Assembly (NCBI GenBank): GCA_037127585.1
Contig: JBAXYB010000005.1
Coordinates: 603-64,602 of the forward strand
DNA: 64,000 nucleotides
Direction: 5' to 3'
Source of the DNA: Verrucomicrobiota bacterium
GTDB lineage: Bacteria; Verrucomicrobiota; Verrucomicrobiia; Palsa-1439
Program-made: the position numbers and the translations under genes
Shown here: one piece after another, positions 55,866 to 64,000 of the stretch
Layout of the letters: each line of letters begins with the position of its first letter
Position numbering within the stretch: position 1 is the first letter of the stretch
The notes under the pieces: generated by a model
Told to the model about the DNA's origin: nothing
Database searches by the model: none
The model's input: the letters and a program-made list of their open reading frames with translations, nothing else

Positions 55866-56123
55866 TTACGAGTCGGTCGGCGTTGGAGAAACGCGGCCGA
55901 CGAGGTATGGTGTGGTATAGGGTGAGTGCTTATTTAGCAGGGTCGGTGCCAACCGCCTGAACTGGCGGAAATCGGCAAGCTCAGCCCTGCCGCTGTTCAA
56001 TTTTGCGAAACTCAGCACCCGGTATCGCTCATTTTTGTGAATTTTTGTGGCCGAGACTGCGCTTGACGGAGGCGGAGCCATCTCATACGGTGAGCGACTC
56101 AAATCACGGAGAACTATTGCCAT

Positions 56124-57431
56124 ATGCCAGTTACCATTGAAAATGTTGCCCCCTGTCGCCAGAAACTGCGAATCGAAGTCGATGCGGCTAAAGTTGCCGG
56201 CGTTCGCGCTGAACTGCTTCAGGAGTTTCGCAAACAAGCCAATATCCCCGGCTTTCGTCTCGGGAAAGCCCCCGAGCCGATGGTCGAGAAACGCTACGCC
56301 AAACAACTCGATGACGAAGTCCGGCAACGCGTCATACCGGACGGTTACCGGGAGGCGGTTGCCGAACAGAAACTGCGCGTCGTCGGCCAACCCCAAATCG
56401 AAGCCGTCGACTACTTGCCCGGTAAGCCGCTCGTCTTCACAGCGGCGGTGGACACGGCACCGGATTTTAAGTTGCCGGAATACAAAGGGATTGCGGTCAC
56501 CAAGAAAGACCAGCCGGTGGCCGACGAGGAGATCACCAAGACCATCGACAGTCTCCGCGAGCAGCAAGCTGATTTTACCGATGTGACCGGCCGGGGCGTG
56601 CAGACCGGCGATTTCGCGATCATCAATTATACCGGCGTGTGCGACGGCAAGCCGATCTCGGAACTCGCGGCGGATGCGAAGACGTTGGGCGAGCATAAAG
56701 ATTTCTGGTTGCTCATCGCGGCGGATTCATTCCTGCCGGGGTTTGGCGAGCAACTGGTCGGGACCGTCGTGGGCGAGAAGAAGCAGGTGCTGATTGATTT
56801 TGCCGCCGACTTCGCCGTGGCGCCTTTGGCCGGCAAGAAGGCGACTTATTTTGTCGACGTGACGGCGATCAAGGAGAAGAAACTACCGGAGTTGACCGAC
56901 GAGTTCGCCAAGAAGATTGGCGCGGACACGGTCGCGAAGTTGACCAGTGAAGTTCGGAAGGGATTGGAAGCGGAACGCGAGAACGCCAGCAAAGGTGAAG
57001 TGCGGAAACAGATTGTCGAGCACTTGCTCAGCAAGGTGGAGTTTGATCTGCCGAAATCGCTCGTGGAGCAGGAGACCCGCAGCATCGTGTACGAGTTGGT
57101 TCAGGAAAACAGCCGGCGCGGCGTGCCGAAGGAATCTTTGGAGCAGAAGAAGGACGAGATCATGGGCTTCGCCTCGCAAAACGCAGTGGAACGCATTCGC
57201 ACGTCGTTCATCCTCGACGCCATTGCGCAGGCGGAGAAGATCACCGTCACCGAAGCCGAGATGGAAGAGCGTCTCGCGTCCCTCGCGGCCCGGTACCGGG
57301 TCACGCCGGACAAGCTGAAGGCGCAGTTGGACGAACGCGGTGGGCTGGGAGAGATCGAGGAGCAAATCCTCGTCGGCAAGACCCTTGATTTCCTCATCGC
57401 CAATGCTAAGGTCGAAACACTGAAAGCCTGA
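56124..57431 (+). CDS. tig: trigger factor
   Basis: 435 aa with the ribosome-binding motif GFRLGKAP, a central FKBP-type PPIase region and the C-terminal helical arms. The tig-clpP-clpX order is classical. Confidence 0.92.
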   Translation: MPVTIENVAPCRQKLRIEVDAAKVAGVRAELLQEFRKQANIPGFRLGKAPEPMVEKRYAKQLDDEVRQRVIPDGYREAVAEQKLRVVGQPQIEAVDYLPGKPLVFTAAVDTAPDFKLPEYKGIAVTKKDQPVADEEITKTIDSLREQQADFTDVTGRGVQTGDFAIINYTGVCDGKPISELAADAKTLGEHKDFWLLIAADSFLPGFGEQLVGTVVGEKKQVLIDFAADFAVAPLAGKKATYFVDVTAIKEKKLPELTDEFAKKIGADTVAKLTSEVRKGLEAERENASKGEVRKQIVEHLLSKVEFDLPKSLVEQETRSIVYELVQENSRRGVPKESLEQKKDEIMGFASQNAVERIRTSFILDAIAQAEKITVTEAEMEERLASLAARYRVTPDKLKAQLDERGGLGEIEEQILVGKTLDFLIANAKVETLKA

Positions 57432-57438
57432 TAATTTT

Positions 57439-58062
57439 ATGGAAAAAGCACAATACGCCCCGTACGTCGTCGAGCAGACCGGTCGCGGTGAACGCGTCAT
57501 GGACATCTTCTCGCGGCTTCTCAAAGACCGGATCGTTTTCATCGGCACCGCCATCGATGATAACGTCGGCAACATCATCACCGCGCAGTTGCTGCACTTG
57601 CAGAGTGAAGATTCGACCAAGGACATCAACATCTACATTAACTCCCCGGGCGGCTCCGTGACCGCTGGCTTGGCGATTTACGACACGATGCAATTCCTGA
57701 AATGCGATGTGAACACCTACTGTCTCGGCCAAGCCGCGAGCATGGGCGCGGTGTTGCTCGCCGCCGGCACGAAGGGCAAACGCTTCGGCCTGCCGAACGC
57801 TCGCATCATGATCCACCAGCCGTGGGGCGGCTTCCAAGGCCAAGCGTCGGACATCGCCATCCAGGCGAAAGAGACGTTGCGGATCAAAGATCGCCTGAAT
57901 GAAATTCTGTCGCTCCATACCGGCCAGCCGCTTGAAAACATCGTTCGTGATAGCGATCGCGACTTCTTCATGTCCTCCGCCGAAGCCCGCGACTACGGTC
58001 TCATTGATGAAGTGGTGAAATCCCGCCGCGACATTGACAAGAAAGTGGAAAAGCCGGCGTAG
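57439..58062 (+). CDS. clpP: ATP-dependent Clp protease proteolytic subunit
   Basis: [22 protein letters not shown] (catalytic Ser), IMIHQP (His) and DRDFFMS (Asp). Confidence 0.95.
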   Translation: MEKAQYAPYVVEQTGRGERVMDIFSRLLKDRIVFIGTAIDDNVGNIITAQLLHLQSEDSTKDINIYINSPGGSVTAGLAIYDTMQFLKCDVNTYCLGQAASMGAVLLAAGTKGKRFGLPNARIMIHQPWGGFQGQASDIAIQAKETLRIKDRLNEILSLHTGQPLENIVRDSDRDFFMSSAEARDYGLIDEVVKSRRDIDKKVEKPA

Positions 58063-58068
58063 GAACAA

Positions 58069-59334
58069 ATGGCGCGCCCGACCAATCTGACCATGTGCAG
58101 CTTCTGTGGGAAGACCCACGGCGAAGTGCGCAAACTCATTGCTGGGCCGGGCGTTTACATTTGCGACAACTGCATCACCGTCTGCAAAAGCATCCTCGAC
58201 AAGGAACTCGGCCAGCCCCCACCCAAGAAGACCGGCTTGCGGAACAATGTTCCCAAACCGGCCGAGATCAAACAGCAGCTCGACCAATACGTCATCGGTC
58301 AGGAACGCGCCAAAAAATCCATCGCGGTCGCCGTTCACAATCATTACAAGCGGATTCAGCAGGACAGCGCGCACCCGAACTTCGAAGCCCACCGGGATGT
58401 TGAGATCGAGAAAAGCAACATCCTGATGATCGGCCCCACCGGCTCCGGCAAAACGCTGCTCGCCCGGACCTTGGCCCGGGAACTCAATGTGCCATTCTGT
58501 ATTGCTGACGCCACGACGTTGACCGAAGCCGGTTACGTCGGTGAAGACGTGGAGAACATCATCCTTCGGTTGCTCCAAGCCGCCGACTACGACGTCAAGC
58601 GCGCCGAACTCGGCATCGTCTACATCGACGAGATCGACAAGATCGGCCGCAAAGCGGATTCCCCGAGCATCACCCGCGATGTTTCCGGCGAAGGCGTCCA
58701 ACAAGCGCTCCTCAAGATTCTCGAAGGCACCACCTGCAATGTCCCGCCCCAAGGTGGCCGGAAACATCCGCATCAGGAATACATTCAGGTCAACACCGAA
58801 CACATTCTCTTCATCTGCGGCGGCGCCTTCATCGGTCTCGACAAGATCGTGGCGCGCCGGGTTGGCGAACACGCCCTTGGCTTTCAGCCTGCCGGCGAGG
58901 CGCTCTCACCGTCCAAACGCGAGTCCGTGCTCGAACATTGCGAACCGGAAGATCTCCTGCAATTTGGCATGATCCCTGAGTTCGTCGGGCGCTTGCCGGT
59001 TGTTTCCATTCTCAGCGAACTGACCGAGTCGGAGCTCATCGAGATTCTCACCGAGACCAAGAACGCGATGCTCAAGCAGTACAGCAAGCTCTTCGCGATG
59101 GAAGGCGTCAGCCTCAATTTCACCAAGGACGCCCAGCAAGCTCTGGCCGAAGCGGCGCTCAAGAAAGGCACCGGTGCCCGCGCGCTCCGGTCGCTGCTGG
59201 AAAAGCTGATGATGGAATTGATGTACGAGATTCCGAGCCGGGACGACATCGCCGAAGTCACGATCAACCGCGCCGTTGTCGAAGGAACGCGCGAGCCAAT
59301 CATCCGCAAGAAGCAGGCGAAAAACGCGGCGTAG
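58069..59334 (+). CDS. clpX: ATP-dependent Clp protease ATP-binding subunit ClpX
   Basis: N-terminal zinc finger CSFCGK...CDNC, Walker A GPTGSGKT, the IYIDEIDK motif and GARALRS near the C-terminus. Confidence 0.95.
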   Translation: MARPTNLTMCSFCGKTHGEVRKLIAGPGVYICDNCITVCKSILDKELGQPPPKKTGLRNNVPKPAEIKQQLDQYVIGQERAKKSIAVAVHNHYKRIQQDSAHPNFEAHRDVEIEKSNILMIGPTGSGKTLLARTLARELNVPFCIADATTLTEAGYVGEDVENIILRLLQAADYDVKRAELGIVYIDEIDKIGRKADSPSITRDVSGEGVQQALLKILEGTTCNVPPQGGRKHPHQEYIQVNTEHILFICGGAFIGLDKIVARRVGEHALGFQPAGEALSPSKRESVLEHCEPEDLLQFGMIPEFVGRLPVVSILSELTESELIEILTETKNAMLKQYSKLFAMEGVSLNFTKDAQQALAEAALKKGTGARALRSLLEKLMMELMYEIPSRDDIAEVTINRAVVEGTREPIIRKKQAKNAA

Positions 59335-59399
59335 GTGTAGCCACGCCTCTCTGAGGCGTGCATCCCCAGTCGGCGCGGCTCACAGAGCCGCGGCTACAC
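59335..59399. repeat. REP-like GTAGCC-headed convergent palindromic pair between clpX and the mutarotase gene
   Basis: GTGTAGCCACGCCTCTCTGAGGCGTG (59335-59360), and inverted GCGCGGCTCACAGAGCCGCGGCTACAC (59373-59399). The right unit contains the mutarotase stop codon (59380-59382). Confidence 0.7.
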
Positions 59400-60210
59400 T
59401 GATCGTCTGTCGGATCACGTGCGACTTCCCGGGCGCAAGACTCACCGCGTGAGCGCGCGCGTTGACCGCTTCGATGCAGACCATTCCCGGCCATTCCTCA
59501 TCCCCGAAGTCCGGCATGGCTTGCGCCTTCGCGATCCACGGATTCCACACCACCGTGCAATCCGACCCGGTCTTCTCCACGATAATCCGCCGCTGCCAGC
59601 CGGGATCGTGGAGCACGCACGTGGACCGCGTGTTGAGATAAAACCGGTCAGTCTCGCGGGTGAATTGAATTGGCTCACTCCCGTCGGTTTCGCCGATCTT
59701 GCTGTCGTACGCCGCATTCTCCAACCCGGTCACCGTGCAGTGCCGGCAATCGCTCACGGCGAAGTAGGTGTGTAATGCTTCATCGAATTGCACCGGCGTG
59801 GTGCCGGTGTTTAGCACCTCTAACTCCATCGTCAGCGTCGTGCCGATAGTGACACGGTACGAGAGCCGGCAACCGGCTGCGGTCGTACCGAAGACGAGGC
59901 GGTCTTCAGTCACACTTTCTAATTCCCAATCCACGAGCCGGACCAGCCCGTGCGCTGGCCCGGTCGGATGCGGCCCAAACCAGGGAAAGATGACCGGCAC
60001 ACCGCCGCGAATTGGCTTACCGGGTTCGTACGAACTCTTCGCGCTCATGAACAAGACGGGCCGTTGTCCGCGCGGCTGAAACGTCGCGACTTGGGCGCCG
60101 TGGAGATAAATAATTGCCTCGGCGTGCCGGTTAGTCACGACAGCGCGAGTGAAGCCGCCGGCACCGGTCTCAAACTCGACGACGTTCGGAATGCGATGAA
60201 GACTTTGCAT
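59380..60210 (-). CDS. D-hexose-6-phosphate mutarotase (aldose 1-epimerase family, YeaD-like)
   Basis: YLHGAQVATFQPRGQRPVLFMSAKSSYEPGKPIRGGVPVIFPWFGPH matches the glucose-6-P 1-epimerase signature. Confidence 0.85.
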   Translation of the reverse strand: MQSLHRIPNVVEFETGAGGFTRAVVTNRHAEAIIYLHGAQVATFQPRGQRPVLFMSAKSSYEPGKPIRGGVPVIFPWFGPHPTGPAHGLVRLVDWELESVTEDRLVFGTTAAGCRLSYRVTIGTTLTMELEVLNTGTTPVQFDEALHTYFAVSDCRHCTVTGLENAAYDSKIGETDGSEPIQFTRETDRFYLNTRSTCVLHDPGWQRRIIVEKTGSDCTVVWNPWIAKAQAMPDFGDEEWPGMVCIEAVNARAHAVSLAPGKSHVIRQTISVAAAL

Positions 60211-60216
60211 GGGAGG

Positions 60217-61932
60217 TTATTTCTTCACCAGGAAATCGCCGATCGCGAGATTTTGCAGATCGCTGCCGTAAAACATATTGAGCGCGTCTTCCGGCGAGCA
60301 CACCATCGGCTCGCCGCGCCGGTTGAGGGACGTGTTCAGGAGACACGGGATGCCGGTCTTGGCTTGGAAACGCGTCAGGAGTTCGTAGTACCGGCGATTG
60401 CTTTGGGCGGTGACGATTTGCGGACGCGCGGTGCCGTCTTCATGAACCACCTCGGGGATCTTGGATTTCCATTTCTCGGCGACGTCGAAGGTGAAGGTCA
60501 TGTACGGCGAGGGGTGCCGGGTTTGGAGAATGTCCGGCGCGACCGTGTCGAGGATGGAGGGACAGAACGGCCGCCAGCGTTCCCGGTATTTGATCTGGGC
60601 GTTGATCATGTCGGCAACGCCGCGGCTGGAGGGGTTGCCGAGGATGCTACGGTTGCCGAGGGAGCGCGGGCCAAATTCCATGCGCCCTTGAAACCACGCG
60701 ACGACTTCGCCGGCGGCCAACAAGTCACTCGCGGTTTCCGTGATGGAAGAGACTTTCTCGTACCGGACCCCGCGTTTGTCCAACGCGGCTTCGATCTCTG
60801 CGTTCGTGTATTCCGGGCCGAGATAGGCGTGGGTCATTGGCTGAATCGTGTCGCCAAACTGATTCGCTGCAAATGTGGCCGCGCCGAGCGCAGACCCGGC
60901 ATCGCTGGCGGCAGGTTGGACGAAGAGTTCGCCGTCGGGTTTGATGGCGTCAACGATGCGTTGATTGCATTTCACGTTCAACGCCACGCCGCCGGCGTAG
61001 CAGACGCGACCGAAGCGCTTGATGTAGTCGCCGAGATAATTTTTCATCAACGCCAAGACGACTTGCTCCAGCGTCTTTTGCACGGCGGCGGCGATGTGGA
61101 CATACGGTTCGTCGATCTCGTCGCCCTGCCGGGCGGTACCCCACAAGTCGATGAGCCGCTGCGAAAAGTATGTGCCTTTGCCGTCGCGCTTGTACCGGCG
61201 CCAGCCGATGCAGTTGACGAGTTTGGTGTTGATCTTGAACCCGGTCGGAGTCCAGTTGAGCAGCGCTTTAACGTCGAATTTCGCGGCGTCGCCGTATGGG
61301 GCCATGCCCATGACTTTGAATTCGCCGTCGAGCATTTCGAAACCGAGAAACTCCGTCACCGCGCCGTACATGCCGCCGAGTGAATCGGGGGCGAAGAATT
61401 CTTTGACGCAATGAATCTTGCCGGCTTGGCCGTAGCCGAACCACGTGGTGCAGTATTCGCCGACGCCGTCGATGCTCATGATGGCGGAGTCCGTGTAGCC
61501 GGAGACGTGATAGGCGCTCGACGCATGCGCGAGGTGGTGTTCGACCGGGACGAACTTGATTCGCTCCGGGTCGATCCCGATTTTGCGGAGCATTTCAAAA
61601 ACGCTTTGGACGTTGCGCCGGTAGCGCCGGTTGCCGTTGACCAACGCGGTGAAAGCGCGGTCGGGCGCGTACAGATGCCGGAGCGCGTAGTGCCAGCGAG
61701 CAGGGCCGAAGAGGCTGATCGGCGCGAACGGATAGGCGACGGCTTGGACATCGCCCGGCTTCAGGCCGGCGTGCGCGAGGCAAAACTGCGCGGCGATTTC
61801 TGCTTGTTTGCCTTTCGCGTGTTTATCCCGGAGAAACCGTTCTTCTTCCGCGGCGGCCACGACGCGGCCGTCCACGCACAGCGCCGCGGCCGGGTCATGG
61901 CCCACGGCGCCGCCGAGTCCGAGGACGACCAC
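60217..61932 (-). CDS. carbamoyltransferase, NodU/CmcH family
   Basis: N-terminus VVLGLGGAVGHDPAAALCVDGRVVAAAEEERFLRDKH, and a C-terminal YrdC/Kae1-like transfer domain (LLNTSLNRRGEPMVCSPEDAL). Confidence 0.9.
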   Translation of the reverse strand: MVVLGLGGAVGHDPAAALCVDGRVVAAAEEERFLRDKHAKGKQAEIAAQFCLAHAGLKPGDVQAVAYPFAPISLFGPARWHYALRHLYAPDRAFTALVNGNRRYRRNVQSVFEMLRKIGIDPERIKFVPVEHHLAHASSAYHVSGYTDSAIMSIDGVGEYCTTWFGYGQAGKIHCVKEFFAPDSLGGMYGAVTEFLGFEMLDGEFKVMGMAPYGDAAKFDVKALLNWTPTGFKINTKLVNCIGWRRYKRDGKGTYFSQRLIDLWGTARQGDEIDEPYVHIAAAVQKTLEQVVLALMKNYLGDYIKRFGRVCYAGGVALNVKCNQRIVDAIKPDGELFVQPAASDAGSALGAATFAANQFGDTIQPMTHAYLGPEYTNAEIEAALDKRGVRYEKVSSITETASDLLAAGEVVAWFQGRMEFGPRSLGNRSILGNPSSRGVADMINAQIKYRERWRPFCPSILDTVAPDILQTRHPSPYMTFTFDVAEKWKSKIPEVVHEDGTARPQIVTAQSNRRYYELLTRFQAKTGIPCLLNTSLNRRGEPMVCSPEDALNMFYGSDLQNLAIGDFLVKK

Positions 61933-62549
61933 TAGCGGCTCCTTTCAAACACGGCGACGTGTAACGTGTGGATGACCGGCAACTGGGCAAAATCTTTGAC
62001 GAGTCGGAAACCGGCTTCGTTGAAGTAGCCTTCGACTTCTTTCAGGCTGGTGACGTATTTCTTCGAGCCGGTTTTGCGTTCCTTAAGTTTGCGGCGGAGC
62101 GTGCTGAGCGCGGGGTGAAAATAGGAGAGCACAACATTCTTGCCGGCAATGCGACAAAGTTCGCGAACAACGCGCCGGCGGATGTTTGCGCTGGGAAAAT
62201 GATGGAACAAACGGAAGCTTACTACCGCATCAAAATGCCGGTCGGGGTAGGTGAACTTCTCGACGTCTTGTTGTTCGACAGGCACTTCTTTCGGTACGGC
62301 TGCGCGCGCGACTTCCACCATCGACGTCGACAAGTCGGCGGCGCTCATGCGGTAACCCTTGCCGGCGAGATGCACGCTGACGCGTCCGCCGCCGCAGGGT
62401 GCATCGAGGATCCGGTAATCTTTCGGGATCAGTTTGAAAGCCCGGTCGAGCAGTTTCATCTCGGCACGATGTTTGGCCGATGGACGGATCTGATATTTGC
62501 GGGCGCGGTCGGGAGTGTATTTGGTGCGACCGGCGTAGGAGGTTTCCAT
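61932..62549 (-). CDS. class I SAM-dependent methyltransferase
   Basis: Motif I ILDAPCGGGRVSVHLA and post-I acidic residue (AADLS). Start abuts the upstream stop, and the stop shares 1 nt with the downstream start. Confidence 0.8.
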   Translation of the reverse strand: METSYAGRTKYTPDRARKYQIRPSAKHRAEMKLLDRAFKLIPKDYRILDAPCGGGRVSVHLAGKGYRMSAADLSTSMVEVARAAVPKEVPVEQQDVEKFTYPDRHFDAVVSFRLFHHFPSANIRRRVVRELCRIAGKNVVLSYFHPALSTLRRKLKERKTGSKKYVTSLKEVEGYFNEAGFRLVKDFAQLPVIHTLHVAVFERSR

Positions 62550-63398
62550 TTAGTTGTATCCCAATTCGGCCATGCGCGTGCCGGCCAGTCGTTGAAAGAG
62601 TTGTTGCTCCTCCGGGTTCAAGTCCGTCCGCCAGCGGCCGACGGCGCCTGTCTTCAAGGGTTTGGTGGCGGCCACGTTCGTGATGAAATTGGCGGCGTCG
62701 CGATTCTGTTCGTGATACCGCGGCATGGCCGGGGAAAAATCTTCACCGATAAATGCGCACACCGTTCGCAAGGTTGCATCGGGTGTGGTGACGAGGTCTT
62801 CGTACCGGACTTCGAGGTAATTCGGGTTGCCGCGCCAAGCCAATCCCGCGCCGGTATCCCGTAACCAGCCGAGGATGCAGGCTTCCAGGGGGCGCCGGAT
62901 GCCGGTCGGAATCTTTTCACCGTCAATGATGCGATACCGGGGATGGGTGCGAATGGAGCAGACAGCATCCCGGCCATCGCGGAGCACGTGGATGAATTTG
63001 GCGTTCGGCCAATGCGCGAAAATCCACGCGATGTGCCGGATGTTCTGCGGCGTCTTTTCCGCCCAGCGCGGTTTGTGGCGGTGGGTCGCGTAGCCGGTGA
63101 GAAACAACTCGGTAAAATGCGCGTGATCCGTCGCCGCTTTGCGCAACTGCCAGACGTCGGCGAGCGTTGCGTCGAAGCGGCGCGCGAGTTTCTCCGGTAA
63201 GAAGCCGCCGGTGAGGAGGCTGCACTCGGGGCCGCACGCGAGGTGCGGATGCGAATCGAGCATGACGCGGAGGAGCGTGGTGCCACTTCGTTGACTGCCA
63301 CCGAGGATGACCGGCGACTGGGTCGAGACGAAGCGCGAAGCCCGTTGGCGCAACCAACGGGCCAGCGTGGAATTGCTTGTCACGAGCGTCGTCCCCAT
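62550..63398 (-). CDS. sulfotransferase family protein
   Basis: 5-prime-PSB loop PVILGGSQRSGTTLLRVMLDSHP and a 3-prime-PB-like region VLRDGRDAVCS. Confidence 0.8.
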   Translation of the reverse strand: MGTTLVTSNSTLARWLRQRASRFVSTQSPVILGGSQRSGTTLLRVMLDSHPHLACGPECSLLTGGFLPEKLARRFDATLADVWQLRKAATDHAHFTELFLTGYATHRHKPRWAEKTPQNIRHIAWIFAHWPNAKFIHVLRDGRDAVCSIRTHPRYRIIDGEKIPTGIRRPLEACILGWLRDTGAGLAWRGNPNYLEVRYEDLVTTPDATLRTVCAFIGEDFSPAMPRYHEQNRDAANFITNVAATKPLKTGAVGRWRTDLNPEEQQLFQRLAGTRMAELGYN

Positions 63399-63463
63399 GT
63401 GCGGGAAAGCTTAGGGAGTTTTTTTGGTGGACGCAACGGCGTTTTTTCTGGTTGAGTCAGCGC

Positions 63464-64000
63464 ATGCACGTGTTCTTCAGCACGGTGGTCCGCGGCGCGC
63501 CGATGGAGGTGGCCGGCGAGCTGATCATGGTGGAGTGGGGGACAAAGAAAATCCTCCACCGCGTGCCGATCTTTCCGGCGTATCCCGCGGTCGACGACCG
63601 GAATACGCGGGGCGGCGGCCGGGGCGGCCGTGGGATCGTGTTGTTGCGCGATGAATTGTTCGTGGCGAGCTACCACAGTTTGCATGGGTTCGACTACAAT
63701 CTGAATCCGACACGGATAATCACGCATCCCAATTTTGCCGGGCTGCACGAACTGGCGTTGGTCGAGGATGGAATCTGGACGAGTTCGACGGCGCTGGGGC
63801 AGGTGCAGAAGATCGATTTTGCCGGTCAGACGATTCAAGAATGGTGGGCGCACGATGACCCGGTCGTGCTCAAGGAGTTCGCCCCCGAACCGTTCGCCGT
63901 GGATAAAACCGCGGACAACCGGCTCGCGTATCTGGAAGATTTCTCGAAACTACATCTCAACAATGTCGCGGTTCACGACGGGCGCGTCTACGTGTGCTTC
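63464..64000 (+). CDS. hypothetical protein, 5-prime partial at window edge
   Basis: Open frame from ATG 63464 to the end of the window (MHVFFSTVVRGAPMEVAGELIMVEWGTKKILHRVPIF...). It is divergent from the sulfotransferase gene and absent from the ORF track because no stop is reached. Beta-rich composition; family not recognised. Confidence 0.5.
   Translation, partial: MHVFFSTVVRGAPMEVAGELIMVEWGTKKILHRVPIFPAYPAVDDRNTRGGGRGGRGIVLLRDELFVASYHSLHGFDYNLNPTRIITHPNFAGLHELALVEDGIWTSSTALGQVQKIDFAGQTIQEWWAHDDPVVLKEFAPEPFAVDKTADNRLAYLEDFSKLHLNNVAVHDGRVYVCF

Noticed and set aside
57406-58872. 488-aa minus-strand ORF
   Set aside because: It is antisense to clpP and clpX and has no recognisable motifs. 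It is a composition-driven open frame.
59950-61383. 477-aa plus-strand ORF
   Set aside because: It is antisense to the mutarotase and NodU-type carbamoyltransferase genes. The sequence is Arg/Gly/Asp/Val-rich with no family signature.

Overview
GC-rich, densely coding bacterial chromosomal segment with about 60 protein genes and no rRNA, tRNA or CRISPR array that I can see. The gene content (SWIB-domain protein, DUF2723/TPR glycosyltransferase, membrane pyrophosphatase, GTAGCC-headed REP-like palindromes) suggests a PVC-superphylum, Verrucomicrobiota-like organism; this is inference only. From left to right: (1) 1085-11419, minus strand, is a tightly overlapping eight-gene operon of two ABC-2 permeases, one ABC ATPase, a P1B-type ATPase, three SPFH (HflK/C-like) proteins and an anchored helical protein. 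(2) A SWIB-domain gene is followed by a decayed IS element with 38-39 bp terminal inverted repeats, an accessory secreted protein and a cluster of REP-like palindromes. (3) A housekeeping block runs lysS, lolCD, Ser/Thr kinase, ilvE, mcsA-mcsB-clpC, PIN-TRAM (YacL-like), ispD, S51 peptidase, ispF, cysS. Its order resembles the Bacillus clpC-to-cysS region. (4) A GH4 glycosidase is followed by a 1.05 kb cassette (small two-gene module plus VOC/glyoxalase) bracketed by 135 bp direct repeats that duplicate the 5-prime end of the next gene. (5) 32160-43426 is a nine-gene translationally coupled operon. It joins a GDP-heptose-type pathway (HddC/HddA/GmhA-like), an SDR epimerase, two polyprenyl-phosphate-sugar synthase-like GT2 enzymes and three polytopic GT-C transferases. 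This is my best candidate for an undescribed periplasmic glycosylation system. (6) Then come a parvulin PPIase, two CNNM/CorC transporters, a frameshifted Gfo/Idh/MocA gene, a membrane pyrophosphatase, an ABC system with duplicated permease, and tig-clpP-clpX. (7) A minus-strand cluster of hexose-6-P mutarotase, NodU-type carbamoyltransferase, SAM methyltransferase and sulfotransferase closes the window. All calls rest on reading the provided translations and the DNA by eye. No database search was run.
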